From: an uncultured Oscillospiraceae bacterium
Lineage (GTDB): Bacteria > Bacillota > Clostridia > Oscillospirales > Oscillospiraceae
Assembly: GCA_944386855.1 (NCBI GenBank)
Contig: CALXCR010000055.1
Coordinates: forward strand, 1 to 55,607
Reading direction: 5' to 3'
DNA: 55,607 nucleotides
Both the position numbers and the translations under genes were made by a program. Below are positions 1 through 9,958 of this stretch, in pieces (positions within the stretch are counted from its first letter, which is position 1; each line of letters begins with the position of its first letter). Under the pieces are notes generated by a model. That model saw only the letters and a program-made list of their open reading frames with translations, was not told the DNA's origin and did not search any database.

Positions 1-5
1 TGGCA

Positions 6-842
6 TTGGACTTTAAATGTGAGAAGGTGTATCTTTTGGCTTTTATCGGGAAAAGAAGCGGTGACGTCGTATATATGGCGTCGTCGAACATCACGGCTGT
101 CCACGCGTTTACTACACGCGCCGGCGGGGTATCGCAGGGAATATACAGCTCGCTGAATCTCGGCGAAATGGTCGCTGACGATCACGAAAACATACGCGAA
201 AATTACCGCCGCATCTGTGCCGCTCTCGATATACCGATGGAAAAACTCGTTTTCTCGCATCAGGTGCACCGCGACGACATACGCACGGCACATTTTGGCG
301 ACACGCGCGAGCTGTTCTCCCCTATAACCTACGAGGCCGACGGGCTCATCACCGACGAGGCGCAGCTTCCGCTCATCATATATATGGCAGATTGCATACC
401 TGTACTCCTGCACGACCCCGTGCGCGGCGCTGTCGGCGCCGTACACTGCGGGTGGCGAGGCACTGTACTGGGGATCGCAGGAAAATGCGTACTTGAGATG
501 CGCGATAAGTTCGGCTGCAAACCTAAAAATATACGCGCGGCCATAGGGCCGGGCATCGGCCTGTGCTGCTATGAGACCGGGCAGGATGTTGCCGACGCTG
601 TTTACAACCTTATCCCGGACAAGGCTTCAAACTATGTCTTACCGAAAGGCGGCAAATATATGGTCGATCTCAAGGGCATAAACCGCCTTGTGCTTGAAAA
701 AGCCGGCGTTTTAAGCGATAACATCGACGTTTCGGACGAATGTACGATGTGCCTTCACGAAAAATACTGGTCGCACAGGTATACTAACGGAAAACGCGGT
801 TTAACGGCCGCTATCATCATGCTGAAAGGGACTAAAGCTTGA
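6..842 (+). CDS. pgeF: Peptidoglycan editing factor PgeF / YfiH (DUF152, laccase-domain) family protein
   Basis: 278-aa ORF with a TTG start at 6; the in-frame ATG at 75 is an alternative start. Family signature stretches are visible: HQVHRDDI, ADGLITDE, MADCIPVLL, HCGWRG. Confidence 0.8.
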   Translation: MDFKCEKVYLLAFIGKRSGDVVYMASSNITAVHAFTTRAGGVSQGIYSSLNLGEMVADDHENIRENYRRICAALDIPMEKLVFSHQVHRDDIRTAHFGDTRELFSPITYEADGLITDEAQLPLIIYMADCIPVLLHDPVRGAVGAVHCGWRGTVLGIAGKCVLEMRDKFGCKPKNIRAAIGPGIGLCCYETGQDVADAVYNLIPDKASNYVLPKGGKYMVDLKGINRLVLEKAGVLSDNIDVSDECTMCLHEKYWSHRYTNGKRGLTAAIIMLKGTKA

Positions 843-2434
843 AAACTGTATTTTCAAAGAGATCAATATTGTTTTTCCTGTGTATTGCGCTCGTTTTGGC
901 CGTCTTCTCCTCCTGCTCCGGCACAGAGCCGTCCGGCGGATCGTCTTCGGAGGACGACGCGGCATCCTCTTCATCAGCCGATAACGGGGTCATTGAATAC
1001 GCCCCGCTCACCCTTTTGTACACACCGGATCAATCTTTAAATCCAATGGAGTGTACCGACAGATATAACTCGGTTTTAAACGAGCTTATGTATGAATCGC
1101 TTTTTACTCTTGACGAGAACTTCTCCCCCGTACCTGTACTCGCCGAGGATTACACGACGGAGGACGGCATAACTCATCAGATCACGATAAAATCAGGTGT
1201 ATATTTTCACAACGGTACTGAACTGACGGCAAACGATGCGGCGTATTCGATCAGTCAGGCGATGTCCTCAGAGAAATATTCGTCGCGCTTGGGCGATATT
1301 GTAAGCTGCGAGCCGACTGACGCGTATACGATCAATATAGTGCTTAGCAAGCCGAATTACATGATATATTCACTGCTCGATGTGCCGATCATAAAAAACC
1401 TCTCCGTTGAAGACGAGATACCGTCCGGGACAGGCCCGTATACCTACAGCGGCGGCACATCTCCCAGCATGGCTGCGTTTGCCGAGTACCGCGACGCCGA
1501 CAGTCTGCCGGCGGATGAGATCATCCTTATGGCGGCGGACAGCGCCGACATAGTCTCGGAATTCACATCAGGCCGGCTTTCACTCATACTCTCCGATCCG
1601 ACTGGGGTCGGCGCTCTTGAGGTGCGCGTTGACCATGAGACGCGCTATTATGACACAACGGTGCTTCATTATATCGGTTTTAACGTGCAGTCGGATAATG
1701 CGCTTCTATCTACCGAGGAATTTCGGCGCGCCGTATCGTATGCCGTAGACCGCGTGCAAATGGCTGACGACGTGTTTGATGGGTACGCCGTTGCTACAGC
1801 ATCAGGCATCCATCCGTCCGTGAGCTTTTATGACAGCTCCGCAGACGAGGGGGCGGTATACTCCCTCCAGTCGCTGTCATCCATTTTAAATTCGCTCGGA
1901 TTTGAAGATTCCGACGGGAATACATGGCTTGAATACAACTCGGAAGAGGTATCTTTAAGGCTTATCATCAATTCCGACAACAGCAGGAAGGTAGACGCTG
2001 CGAGGAGCATAGTTAATACGCTCCGCGGCGTCGGGGTGAACATAACGCTGTCCGTCCTGCCGTGGAGCGAGTATCTTGACGCGCTCCAGACGGGAGATTT
2101 CGATCTCTATTATGCAGAATCACAGCTCACAGCGGATTTTGATATGTCGGAAATACTTTTATCCGGCGGGGCACTCAATTACGGCGGAATCGATGACGGG
2201 AATTACTCGGAGCTTATAGACGCGTACCTTGCCGCTTCTACGGATGAGAGCCGCAGCGATGCGTTTACGACGCTAGCACAGTATCTTCAGTCGGACGCAT
2301 CGATCATACCGCTTGTTTTTGAAAAACATTCTTTGATAACACAGCGCGGGATGATTTCCGGCCTGTCTCCCACGCAGTCAAATGTTTTACGGGGATTTAT
2401 AGGCTCTACAATAAACCAGACATACGGAGGTTAG
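839..2434 (+). CDS. Extracellular solute-binding protein, family 5 (peptide/nickel/oligosaccharide type), probable lipoprotein
   Basis: 531-aa ORF whose TTG start overlaps the pgeF stop. The N-terminus KRSILFFLCIALVLAVFSSC looks like a lipoprotein signal and is followed by an S/D/E-rich linker. The body resembles SBP_bac_5 proteins. No permease or ATPase genes are adjacent. Confidence 0.7.
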   Translation: MKTVFSKRSILFFLCIALVLAVFSSCSGTEPSGGSSSEDDAASSSSADNGVIEYAPLTLLYTPDQSLNPMECTDRYNSVLNELMYESLFTLDENFSPVPVLAEDYTTEDGITHQITIKSGVYFHNGTELTANDAAYSISQAMSSEKYSSRLGDIVSCEPTDAYTINIVLSKPNYMIYSLLDVPIIKNLSVEDEIPSGTGPYTYSGGTSPSMAAFAEYRDADSLPADEIILMAADSADIVSEFTSGRLSLILSDPTGVGALEVRVDHETRYYDTTVLHYIGFNVQSDNALLSTEEFRRAVSYAVDRVQMADDVFDGYAVATASGIHPSVSFYDSSADEGAVYSLQSLSSILNSLGFEDSDGNTWLEYNSEEVSLRLIINSDNSRKVDAARSIVNTLRGVGVNITLSVLPWSEYLDALQTGDFDLYYAESQLTADFDMSEILLSGGALNYGGIDDGNYSELIDAYLAASTDESRSDAFTTLAQYLQSDASIIPLVFEKHSLITQRGMISGLSPTQSNVLRGFIGSTINQTYGG

Positions 2435-2438
2435 ATTT

Positions 2439-2831
2439 ATGACAGACAGAGAACTTATAAACATAGCGCGCGAGGCGTCTCAATCGGCGTACGCGCCGTA
2501 CTCCAAGTTTAATGTCGGTGCTGCGCTTGAGTGTTCCGACGGCACAGTATTTACGGGCTGCAATATCGAAAACGCCTCCCTCGGCTGTTCCATATGCGCC
2601 GAGCGCACGGCGGCCGTCAAGGCAGTAAGCAGCGGAAACCGCGATTTTGTCCGTATCGCCGTATACGCAGAATCGGCAAGCTACTGCACCCCGTGCGGGA
2701 CATGCCGCCAGTTTTTAAGCGAGTTTTCGCCCAATATGGAAGTGCTTTGCGCCAAGTCTGACGGGAGATACGTCAGTTATAAGCTAAATAAAATGCTGCC
2801 GTTTTCTTTCAGCAGCGAGACGCTTCTCTGA
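2439..2831 (+). CDS. cdd: Cytidine deaminase
   Basis: 130-aa ORF with RBS GGAGG upstream. Zinc-binding motifs CAERTA and PCGTCRQ are typical of homotetrameric cytidine deaminases. Confidence 0.9.
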   Translation: MTDRELINIAREASQSAYAPYSKFNVGAALECSDGTVFTGCNIENASLGCSICAERTAAVKAVSSGNRDFVRIAVYAESASYCTPCGTCRQFLSEFSPNMEVLCAKSDGRYVSYKLNKMLPFSFSSETLL

Positions 2832-2894
2832 TCGCCTGTACATCATCTGTGAGCCGTTTCATTTGTCTGCATTCTTCAGCCGGGCGCATATCTG

Positions 2895-3425
2895 TTATCC
2901 GATAACTTTTTCGAGCATCCGCTCAAGCTCGGATGCGTGGCGCGCTTCATCGGCGGCTATCGCCTCATATACGGCGGACAGTTTTCTGCTCGATGCGGCG
3001 GCTGTTGCCCTATATGACGACTCGCTCTCCGTTTCGGCAAGGTACATGCCGCGCAACAACGTAAGTACTGAGCCGGTCACCTGCTTAGGCGGAGTCGTGG
3101 TATAGCTGTCTCCCGTGAGCAGGAAGTAAAACCGCTGGAGCTTCTTTAAATGCGCATACTCCTCCCCCGAGAGCTTTCTGAAAGCGGCCCTTTCTCTTCT
3201 GCCGCCGCATTTTGATGCAAGCGTTTTATACACGCACACGGCCTTCTGCTTTTCCTCTATAAAGCGGCCGAGCACGGTTTTATCGTCGCCCCATACGGCG
3301 GCGCTGTCGCGCCCCTCCGAAGCAGAGCTTACAGGTGCGTATACATGTTCGGTTTGAGGTTCGGATAACGCCGATACGCGTTTCCACACCTCATCAAGAT
3401 TTTCAAGTCCATATGGATTTTCCAT
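2895..3425 (-). CDS. Ferritin-like / rubrerythrin-fold domain protein (function unknown)
   Basis: The ORF track gives 2895..3434. I prefer the ATG at 3425, which lies 9 nt from AAAGGAGG. Helical repeats with E..H-like pairs (EEYAHLKKL, DEARHASELE) suggest a ferritin-like four-helix bundle. The assignment is weak. Confidence 0.4.
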   Translation of the reverse strand: MENPYGLENLDEVWKRVSALSEPQTEHVYAPVSSASEGRDSAAVWGDDKTVLGRFIEEKQKAVCVYKTLASKCGGRRERAAFRKLSGEEYAHLKKLQRFYFLLTGDSYTTTPPKQVTGSVLTLLRGMYLAETESESSYRATAAASSRKLSAVYEAIAADEARHASELERMLEKVIG

Positions 3426-3582
3426 CGCGCACACCTCCTTTTACAAGTGTTTATACATTTTATGTGAAGGGGCGCGGCGCGGTTAATGCAATAAATTACG
3501 GGCGTTATTACGCCATAAGCATCACGTTAAAAAAGTATGCTGCCGCATACGGCGGGCAAGCGTATTGGAGCGAGGTTTAATC

Positions 3583-4320
3583 ATGCCAAGATTTTTTATA
3601 GCTGCGTCTAATATTTTCGGCGGCACGGCCTATCTCAGTGCACAGGATGTAGAGCACATGCGCGTGCTCCGCATACGCCGCGGCGAGATATTTACCGTCT
3701 GCGATTCAAACGGCACGGACTACACCTGCCGTATAAACGAGAACGATCCGACCGGTACTACGGTGCAGATAATATCCTCCGCGCCCTCTGCCGGAGAGCC
3801 GTCCGTGCGCTGCACGGTGTACGCCGCGTTCTCCAAGGGGGACAAGATGGATACCGTCGTGCAAAAATGCGTCGAGCTCGGCGCTTATGATATAGTGGCG
3901 TTTCCGTCGGCACGATGTGTGTCGCGTCCCGACGGCGGCGCGCTCCTTAAAAAGCTTAACCGCTGGCAGCGCATCGCGGAGGAGGCGGCAAAGCAATCGG
4001 GGCGCGGCATAATATCGAAGGTGTCCTCGGCAAACTCTTTTGCGGAAGCCGTAAACCGCGCATCTTCGGCGGATATACCGCTTTTCCTTTATGAAAACGA
4101 ACATCAAAACGGCTTGAGGCAGGCCATATCGGACGGCACAGCGCATACCGTATCCGTCATGACCGGCCCGGAGGGCGGGTTTGACGATGACGAAGCCGCT
4201 TTCGCGATATCGGCCGGTATGAGGCCCGTATCGCTTGGCACGCGGATTCTGCGCTGTGAGACCGCGCCGGTTGCCGCGCTTGCCGCCGTTATGTGTCTTA
4301 CCGGCAATCTGGGTGGATGA
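3583..4320 (+). CDS. rsmE: 16S rRNA (uracil1498-N3)-methyltransferase RsmE
   Basis: The ORF track starts at 3565. The ATG at 3583 gives MPRFFI..., the typical RsmE N-terminus. The C-terminal SPOUT region has GPEGGF and LGTRILRCETA motifs. Confidence 0.85.
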   Translation: MPRFFIAASNIFGGTAYLSAQDVEHMRVLRIRRGEIFTVCDSNGTDYTCRINENDPTGTTVQIISSAPSAGEPSVRCTVYAAFSKGDKMDTVVQKCVELGAYDIVAFPSARCVSRPDGGALLKKLNRWQRIAEEAAKQSGRGIISKVSSANSFAEAVNRASSADIPLFLYENEHQNGLRQAISDGTAHTVSVMTGPEGGFDDDEAAFAISAGMRPVSLGTRILRCETAPVAALAAVMCLTGNLGG

Positions 4321-4378
4321 ACTTTATTTTAAGGGCCTGCCGTCCGGTTTTCTTGATATACAGATCGTGAGGTGTAAA

Positions 4379-6304
4379 ATGAGAAAATGCAATCTGTTTC
4401 TTACTAATGAAGAGTTTTATCTTTTCGGAGAAGGCTCATTTCACCGCGCATACCGTAAATTCGGTGCGCATTTTGTCAATATTGGCGGAACGGACGGTAT
4501 TTTGTTCACTGTATGGGCTCCCGACACGCTAAGTGTGCGCGTCGTGGGCTCTTTTAATTTATGGAATCCCGACGCAATGTTTATGGAATACATGCGCGAC
4601 GGCGTGTATTCCCTGTTTGTCCCCGGCATAGGTGAGGGCGAACAGTACAAATACGCTATCGAGACTCACGACGGACAGCTCATCTACAAGGCCGACCCAT
4701 TCGCCTTTTCGTCACAGCTTCGCCCTGATACGGCGTCTGTTACATCGCGGCTCGACGGGTTTAAATGGTCCGACGGACGGTGGCTTGCGTCACGGCGGCG
4801 TACTGATCACAGGAAAAAGCCGCTCAATATTTATGAGGTCCATGCCGGTTCATGGCGTCGCCCCGACAATAAAGAGTTTTACACATATGCCGAGCTTGCC
4901 GATATACTTATACCGTACGTCTCCGATATGGGTTACACCCATATAGAGTTCATGCCGCTATGCGAGCATCCGTTTGACGGGTCGTGGGGATATCAGGTCA
5001 CGGGGTTTTATGCGCCGACGAGCAGATACGGCATGCCGCAGGAGCTTATGCATCTCGTAAACGAGTGTCACAAAGCCGGTATCGGCGTGATACTCGACTG
5101 GGTGCCGGGTCACTTCTGCCGCGACGCGCACGGCCTCGGGCGATTTAACGGCAGGCCGCTCTACGAGGCGGGCGATCACCGGCAATGGGGGACGTACAAA
5201 TTCGATTTCTCAAGGCCGCAGGTGAGAAGTTTCCTGCTCAGCAACGCCGCGTACTGGCTCGACGTCTATCACATCGACGGCATAAGGGTCGACGGGGTCT
5301 CGAGCATGCTGTACCTGAATTTTGGCTCTGACGGCGCTGATAAGATGCAAAATGAATTCGGTGGGGAGGAGAATCTTGACGCGATAGCTTTCCTGCGCGA
5401 ATTCAATGAGCTTGTCGGGCGTGAGTATCCCGGCGTGTTCACCGCAGCGGAGGAGAGCTCTGCGTGGCCGCTCGTCACATACCCGCCGTCCGACGGCGGT
5501 CTCGGCTTTCACTACAAGTGGAACATGGGCTGGATGAACGACACGCTCAAATACATCTCGCTGGATTTTGAGAGCAGAAAGTACAATCACAACCTGCTCA
5601 CGTTCTCGATGATGTACGCGTTTTCCGAAAACTTCATACTGCCGTTCTCACACGATGAGGTCGTCCACGGCAAAAAGTCGCTTATCGGGCGGTGTCCCGG
5701 TGATTACAAACAGCAATTTGCCGGAGCACGGCTTTTGCGCCTGTTTCAGACGTGCCACCCGGGTGCGAAGCTGTCTTTTATGGGCAATGAGTTTTCGCAG
5801 TTTATCGAGTGGCGGTATTATGAGCAGCTCGAATGGTTTTTGTTGGACTACGACACACATCGCGCAAATCTGCTGTTCACTAAGTGTTTAAATAAAGTGT
5901 TCAAAGCTGAAAAGGCGCTCTACGGAGACAACTACAGATGGGACGGATTTGAGTGGATAGACGTCAATAACAATGAGCAAAGCGTTTTGAGCTTTGTTCG
6001 GAAATGCGGCAATTCCACCGTTGTCGTCATACTGAATTTCGGCTGTACGAAATACGGCGGCTATATGGTCGGAGTACCTGAAAACGGGATCTATGAGGAG
6101 CTTATAAACTCCGATAACGGGCAGTTCGGCGGTAGCGGCCACATAAACCACGGTCAGATCCGTTCTGACGCAATACCTATGCACGGCAAGCCGTTTTCAA
6201 TACGGTTGAACATCCCCGCCGTCGGAGGGACTGTATTAAAACTGAAAAGAAGAATCAGCGGCGGTAAAAAGCCGCGTATCCCGAAAGGAGAGCTAAATGT
6301 TTAA
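4379..6304 (+). CDS. glgB: 1,4-alpha-glucan branching enzyme GlgB (GH13)
   Basis: The long ORF 4235..6304 overlaps rsmE. The ATG at 4379 follows GTGAGGTG and gives MRKCNLFLTNEEFYLFGEG..., typical of short Firmicute GlgB. GH13 regions are visible: DWVPGHF, GIRVDGV, FTAAEES, FSHDEV. Confidence 0.9.
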   Translation: MRKCNLFLTNEEFYLFGEGSFHRAYRKFGAHFVNIGGTDGILFTVWAPDTLSVRVVGSFNLWNPDAMFMEYMRDGVYSLFVPGIGEGEQYKYAIETHDGQLIYKADPFAFSSQLRPDTASVTSRLDGFKWSDGRWLASRRRTDHRKKPLNIYEVHAGSWRRPDNKEFYTYAELADILIPYVSDMGYTHIEFMPLCEHPFDGSWGYQVTGFYAPTSRYGMPQELMHLVNECHKAGIGVILDWVPGHFCRDAHGLGRFNGRPLYEAGDHRQWGTYKFDFSRPQVRSFLLSNAAYWLDVYHIDGIRVDGVSSMLYLNFGSDGADKMQNEFGGEENLDAIAFLREFNELVGREYPGVFTAAEESSAWPLVTYPPSDGGLGFHYKWNMGWMNDTLKYISLDFESRKYNHNLLTFSMMYAFSENFILPFSHDEVVHGKKSLIGRCPGDYKQQFAGARLLRLFQTCHPGAKLSFMGNEFSQFIEWRYYEQLEWFLLDYDTHRANLLFTKCLNKVFKAEKALYGDNYRWDGFEWIDVNNNEQSVLSFVRKCGNSTVVVILNFGCTKYGGYMVGVPENGIYEELINSDNGQFGGSGHINHGQIRSDAIPMHGKPFSIRLNIPAVGGTVLKLKRRISGGKKPRIPKGELNV

Positions 6305-8714
6305 AAACAAAAACGACTTTCTTGCACGCTATCGCGATGAGACGGTGCGGCTTTTCGGCCGTGTTCCCGAAAACTGCGCAAACCGCGAAAAGTACGAGGC
6401 GCTTGTCCGGCTTATATGCGGCATCGCGTCCAGGATTCGCACCGATACGGCGCGTCGGTTCGACGAGCACGAGAAAAAAGAGGTCTACTACTTTTCGATG
6501 GAGTTTCTGATCGGCAGGCTTCTTAAAAATTATCTGCTGAATCTCGGCGTTCTCGATATTGTACGCGACGGGCTTTCAGAGCTTGGGACGGAACTTGACG
6601 ATATATGTGCCTGCGAGAGCGACCCCGGTCTCGGAAACGGCGGTCTGGGGCGGCTTGCGGCGTGTTTTCTCGACTCGATGGCGTATATGGATATAAACGC
6701 CACCGGCATCGGTATCCGATTCAGATACGGGCTGTTCCGCCAGCGCATAGATAACGGATGGCAGCTTGAAGAGCCTGACGCGTGGATGGAGGATGGATAC
6801 CCGTGGGAGACGCGCATGACGGATGAGGCCGTGTCCGTAAAATTCGGCGGACGTGTCGAGCGCGTGCTTAAAGACGGCAAGGCATCGTTTGCGCAGCGCG
6901 ATTATTACGTTATCCGCGCTATACCGTATAACGTGCCTGTCGTGGGCTACGGAGGAAAGACCGTAAATAAGCTGAAGCTCTGGCAGGCCGAGCCGTTTCA
7001 TGAACATTTCGACCTCGCCGCGTTCAACCGCGGTGATTACGCGGAGGCCAACAAAAGCCGCAGCGAGGCGGAGGCGATATCGTGCATCCTCTACCCGGAC
7101 GATACGACGGACGCAGGCAAAACGCTTCGCTTAAAGCAGGAGTATTTCTTCGTATGCGCCGGACTGACATATATTTTGCGAAAATACAAGATGAAGTACG
7201 GAGACGATAAATGGGCGGAATTCCCGGATCATGTAAGCCTGCACACAAACGACACGCATCCGGCGCTCGTCGTTCCGGAGCTTATGCGCCTGCTGCTTGA
7301 CGAGGAGGGGCTCTCCTGGGAAGCAGCCTGGGACATCGTGACCCGCGCAGTATCTTACACAAACCATACGGTCCTGCCGGAGGCGCTCGAAAAGTGGCCG
7401 GTTCATCTGTTCTCGCAGCTTCTCCCGCGGATATACATGATAGTCGAGGAAATAAACCGCCGCTATCTCGATAATTTTGACCGCTCGCTGCCCGATGCGG
7501 ACGCCCTTATGGCGGCGACTGCGATACTTTGGGACGATCAGGTCAAAATGGCCAATCTGTCGGTCATCGGCAGCCATTCCGTAAACGGCGTCGCCTCGCT
7601 TCACACCGAAATACTCAAAACGGATACGCTCAAGGAATTTTACAGCCTTATGCCGGACAAATTTAACAATAAGACGAACGGCGTAAGCCACAGGCGTTTT
7701 CTCATCGAGTCGAATCCCGAGCTTGCATCTCTGCTTACGGAATATATAGGCGACGGATGGATCGCCGATCCGAAAAAACTTGAGGTACTGCTTGAATTTA
7801 AAGACGATCCTCAGCTTCTTGCGCGGCTGAGGCAGGTCAAATACGAGAGCAAGCGCCGGCTTGCGCAGTATATCGCCGACAAGAACCACATAGAGATCGA
7901 TCCGGACTCGATATTTGACGTGCAGGTCAAGCGCATACACGCGTATAAGAGGCAGCTTCTCCATATATTTAAGATAATGTGCCTGTATAACAGGCTTAAA
8001 GCTAACCCGGATCTCGACATACCGCCGTGTACGTTTATCATGTCCGGCAAAGCGGCGCAGAGCTATACGTTTGCCAAAGAGACGATAAAGCTCTATTGCA
8101 GCGTGGCGGACGTTATAAACTCCGACAGCGACATGGACGGGAAGCTTAAGGTTGTATTTCTTGAAAACTTCAACGTGTCGTCCGCTCAGCTCATTTATCC
8201 GGCCGCCGATATAAGCGAGCAGATCTCGACCGCCGGCAAAGAGGCGAGCGGCACCGGCAACATGAAATTCATGTTCAACGGCGCCATAACTCTCGGCACG
8301 GTCGACGGGGCGAACGTGGAGATACGCGATCTCGTCGGAGAGGATAATATAATCACGTTCGGCGTTTTGGCCGACGAGGCGATGTCGCTCCATAAAAACG
8401 GGTACTCTTCGTTTGCCGAGTATTCGGGAAATGAGGAGCTGCGCCTTATTATGGATCAGCTTGTAAACGGATTCTTTGAAAAATCGGGATTTGCCTTTTG
8501 GGGCGTGCGCAACGCGCTTTTACAGGACAACGACGAGTATCTCGTATTGAAAGATTTTGCGCCGTATATGAAGGCGTGGGAAAAGGCGGCAAAGCTCTAC
8601 ACGCACGAGCCGGATAAATGGTACTCCATGGCCGCCGTGAACATAGCAAAGGCCGGATATTTCACAAGTGACCGCACAATTGCGGAGTATTCTTCCGGCA
8701 TCTGGAAACTGTAA
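6297..8714 (+). CDS. glgP: Glycogen / maltodextrin phosphorylase (GT35)
   Basis: 805-aa ORF that overlaps the glgB stop by 8 nt and has RBS AGGAG. It carries GNGGLGRLAACFLDS and the pyridoxal-phosphate lysine region EASGTGNMKFMFNGA. Confidence 0.92.
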   Translation: MFKNKNDFLARYRDETVRLFGRVPENCANREKYEALVRLICGIASRIRTDTARRFDEHEKKEVYYFSMEFLIGRLLKNYLLNLGVLDIVRDGLSELGTELDDICACESDPGLGNGGLGRLAACFLDSMAYMDINATGIGIRFRYGLFRQRIDNGWQLEEPDAWMEDGYPWETRMTDEAVSVKFGGRVERVLKDGKASFAQRDYYVIRAIPYNVPVVGYGGKTVNKLKLWQAEPFHEHFDLAAFNRGDYAEANKSRSEAEAISCILYPDDTTDAGKTLRLKQEYFFVCAGLTYILRKYKMKYGDDKWAEFPDHVSLHTNDTHPALVVPELMRLLLDEEGLSWEAAWDIVTRAVSYTNHTVLPEALEKWPVHLFSQLLPRIYMIVEEINRRYLDNFDRSLPDADALMAATAILWDDQVKMANLSVIGSHSVNGVASLHTEILKTDTLKEFYSLMPDKFNNKTNGVSHRRFLIESNPELASLLTEYIGDGWIADPKKLEVLLEFKDDPQLLARLRQVKYESKRRLAQYIADKNHIEIDPDSIFDVQVKRIHAYKRQLLHIFKIMCLYNRLKANPDLDIPPCTFIMSGKAAQSYTFAKETIKLYCSVADVINSDSDMDGKLKVVFLENFNVSSAQLIYPAADISEQISTAGKEASGTGNMKFMFNGAITLGTVDGANVEIRDLVGEDNIITFGVLADEAMSLHKNGYSSFAEYSGNEELRLIMDQLVNGFFEKSGFAFWGVRNALLQDNDEYLVLKDFAPYMKAWEKAAKLYTHEPDKWYSMAAVNIAKAGYFTSDRTIAEYSSGIWKL

Positions 8715-8798
8715 TTCATTTCCCGCTGCGGCGGCGTCCGTATAGACTCCGCCGCGGCGAGGCAAGCCCCTGCGCATATTACAAAGGAGGTATAGATA

Positions 8799-9941
8799 AT
8801 GAGAAAAAAAGAATGTATAGCAATGCTTCTCGCAGGCGGTCAAGGAAGCCGCCTCGGCGCACTCACCAGAAAAACCGCAAAACCTGTAGTCGCGTTCGGC
8901 GGCAAATACAGGATCATCGATTTCAGCCTCTCAAACTGCGTCCACTCAAATATAGACACTGTCGGTGTTTTGACGCAGTACAAGCCGCTTGTATTAAACG
9001 CATACCTCGCAAACGGCTCCGCATGGGATCTCGACTCGCCCGACGGCGGCATGCACATACTGCCCCCGTTTGAGACGGAAGTCGGCGGCGAGTGGTACAA
9101 GGGTACTGCCGACGCGATATACCACAATATCGATTTTATCGAGCAGTACGATCCCACACACGTTCTGATACTGTCGGGCGACCATATTTACAAGATGGAT
9201 TACAACGAAATGCTGCAATTCCACATCGAAAAAGAGGCGGCTATGACCGTCGCCGTCATCGACGTCGACATAAAAGACGCGCACCGCTTCGGCATTATGA
9301 GCGTGGACGATAATATGCAGGTCGTCAAATTCTCGGAGAAGCCGAAAAATCCTGACAGTACACTCGCCTCCATGGGGATATACATATTCCGCTGGGACGT
9401 ACTTAAAAAAGTCCTTTTAGAGGATCATGACGACCCAAACTCTTCAAAGGACTTCGGAAAAGACGTTATACCGCGCCTGATAAGTCAGGAGCAGCGTGTT
9501 TTCGCGCACCGTTTTGACGGCTACTGGCAGGACGTCGGCACTATCGAGAGCTATTACGAGGCACAGATGAATCTGCTTGAGGCAGAACCAGCGTTTAACC
9601 TGTTTGACGACGATATGCGCGTATTCTCCAACTCAAATGTATTCCCTCCGCACTACATAGGAAAAAACGCGACGGTTGAGCGCAGCATTATCTGCAACGG
9701 CAGCACTATCCTCGGCATCGTCAAAAACTCCATAGTCGGGACCGACGTAAGCGTCGGCGAAGGGGCACTGGTTGAGGAGTCTATCCTGCTGCCCGGGGCG
9801 GTAGTTGAGGAAAACGCGCGCGTGATACGCGCTATAGTCGGCGAGGAAGCCGTTATAGAAAAAAACGCATGCTTCTGCGGCGGAAATAAAGATCACAAAA
9901 TAGCTCTGATCGGCGACAAAGAGCATTTTGTGAGCGCTTAA
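8799..9941 (+). CDS. glgC: Glucose-1-phosphate adenylyltransferase, catalytic subunit
   Basis: 380-aa ORF with RBS AAGGAGG. It has N-terminal [14 protein letters not shown] and a C-terminal left-handed beta-helix region. Confidence 0.92.
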   Translation: MRKKECIAMLLAGGQGSRLGALTRKTAKPVVAFGGKYRIIDFSLSNCVHSNIDTVGVLTQYKPLVLNAYLANGSAWDLDSPDGGMHILPPFETEVGGEWYKGTADAIYHNIDFIEQYDPTHVLILSGDHIYKMDYNEMLQFHIEKEAAMTVAVIDVDIKDAHRFGIMSVDDNMQVVKFSEKPKNPDSTLASMGIYIFRWDVLKKVLLEDHDDPNSSKDFGKDVIPRLISQEQRVFAHRFDGYWQDVGTIESYYEAQMNLLEAEPAFNLFDDDMRVFSNSNVFPPHYIGKNATVERSIICNGSTILGIVKNSIVGTDVSVGEGALVEESILLPGAVVEENARVIRAIVGEEAVIEKNACFCGGNKDHKIALIGDKEHFVSA

Positions 9942-9958
9942 AAAGGGAGGGCTTGGAA

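Noticed and set aside
4321-4381. TTGATA-16-TAAAAT immediately upstream of glgB, considered as the glycogen-operon promoter.
   Set aside because: The putative -10 overlaps the glgB start codon, which would require a leaderless transcript lacking the evident GTGAGGTG RBS. Read-through from rsmE, or an upstream promoter, is more plausible.
7131-8393. A 420-aa ORF antisense to glgP. Similar long antisense ORFs lie at 13141..14454 (in the GH13/GH77 gene), 19368..20303 (in lepA and XRE), 44115..44849 (in the mutase), 17774..18316 (over DUF3842), 16624..17106 and 21393..21881.
   Set aside because: Each lies opposite a gene with unmistakable family motifs. The translations are R/A/P/G-rich or low-complexity with no recognisable domains or RBS. 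Shadow ORFs of this kind are expected in GC-rich coding DNA.
8718-8765. A GC-rich inverted repeat (GCGGCGG...CCGCCGC) after glgP, considered as an intra-operon terminator.
   Set aside because: No T-run follows it, and glgC begins ~35 nt later with a strong RBS. It is more likely a processing or stability element, or nothing.
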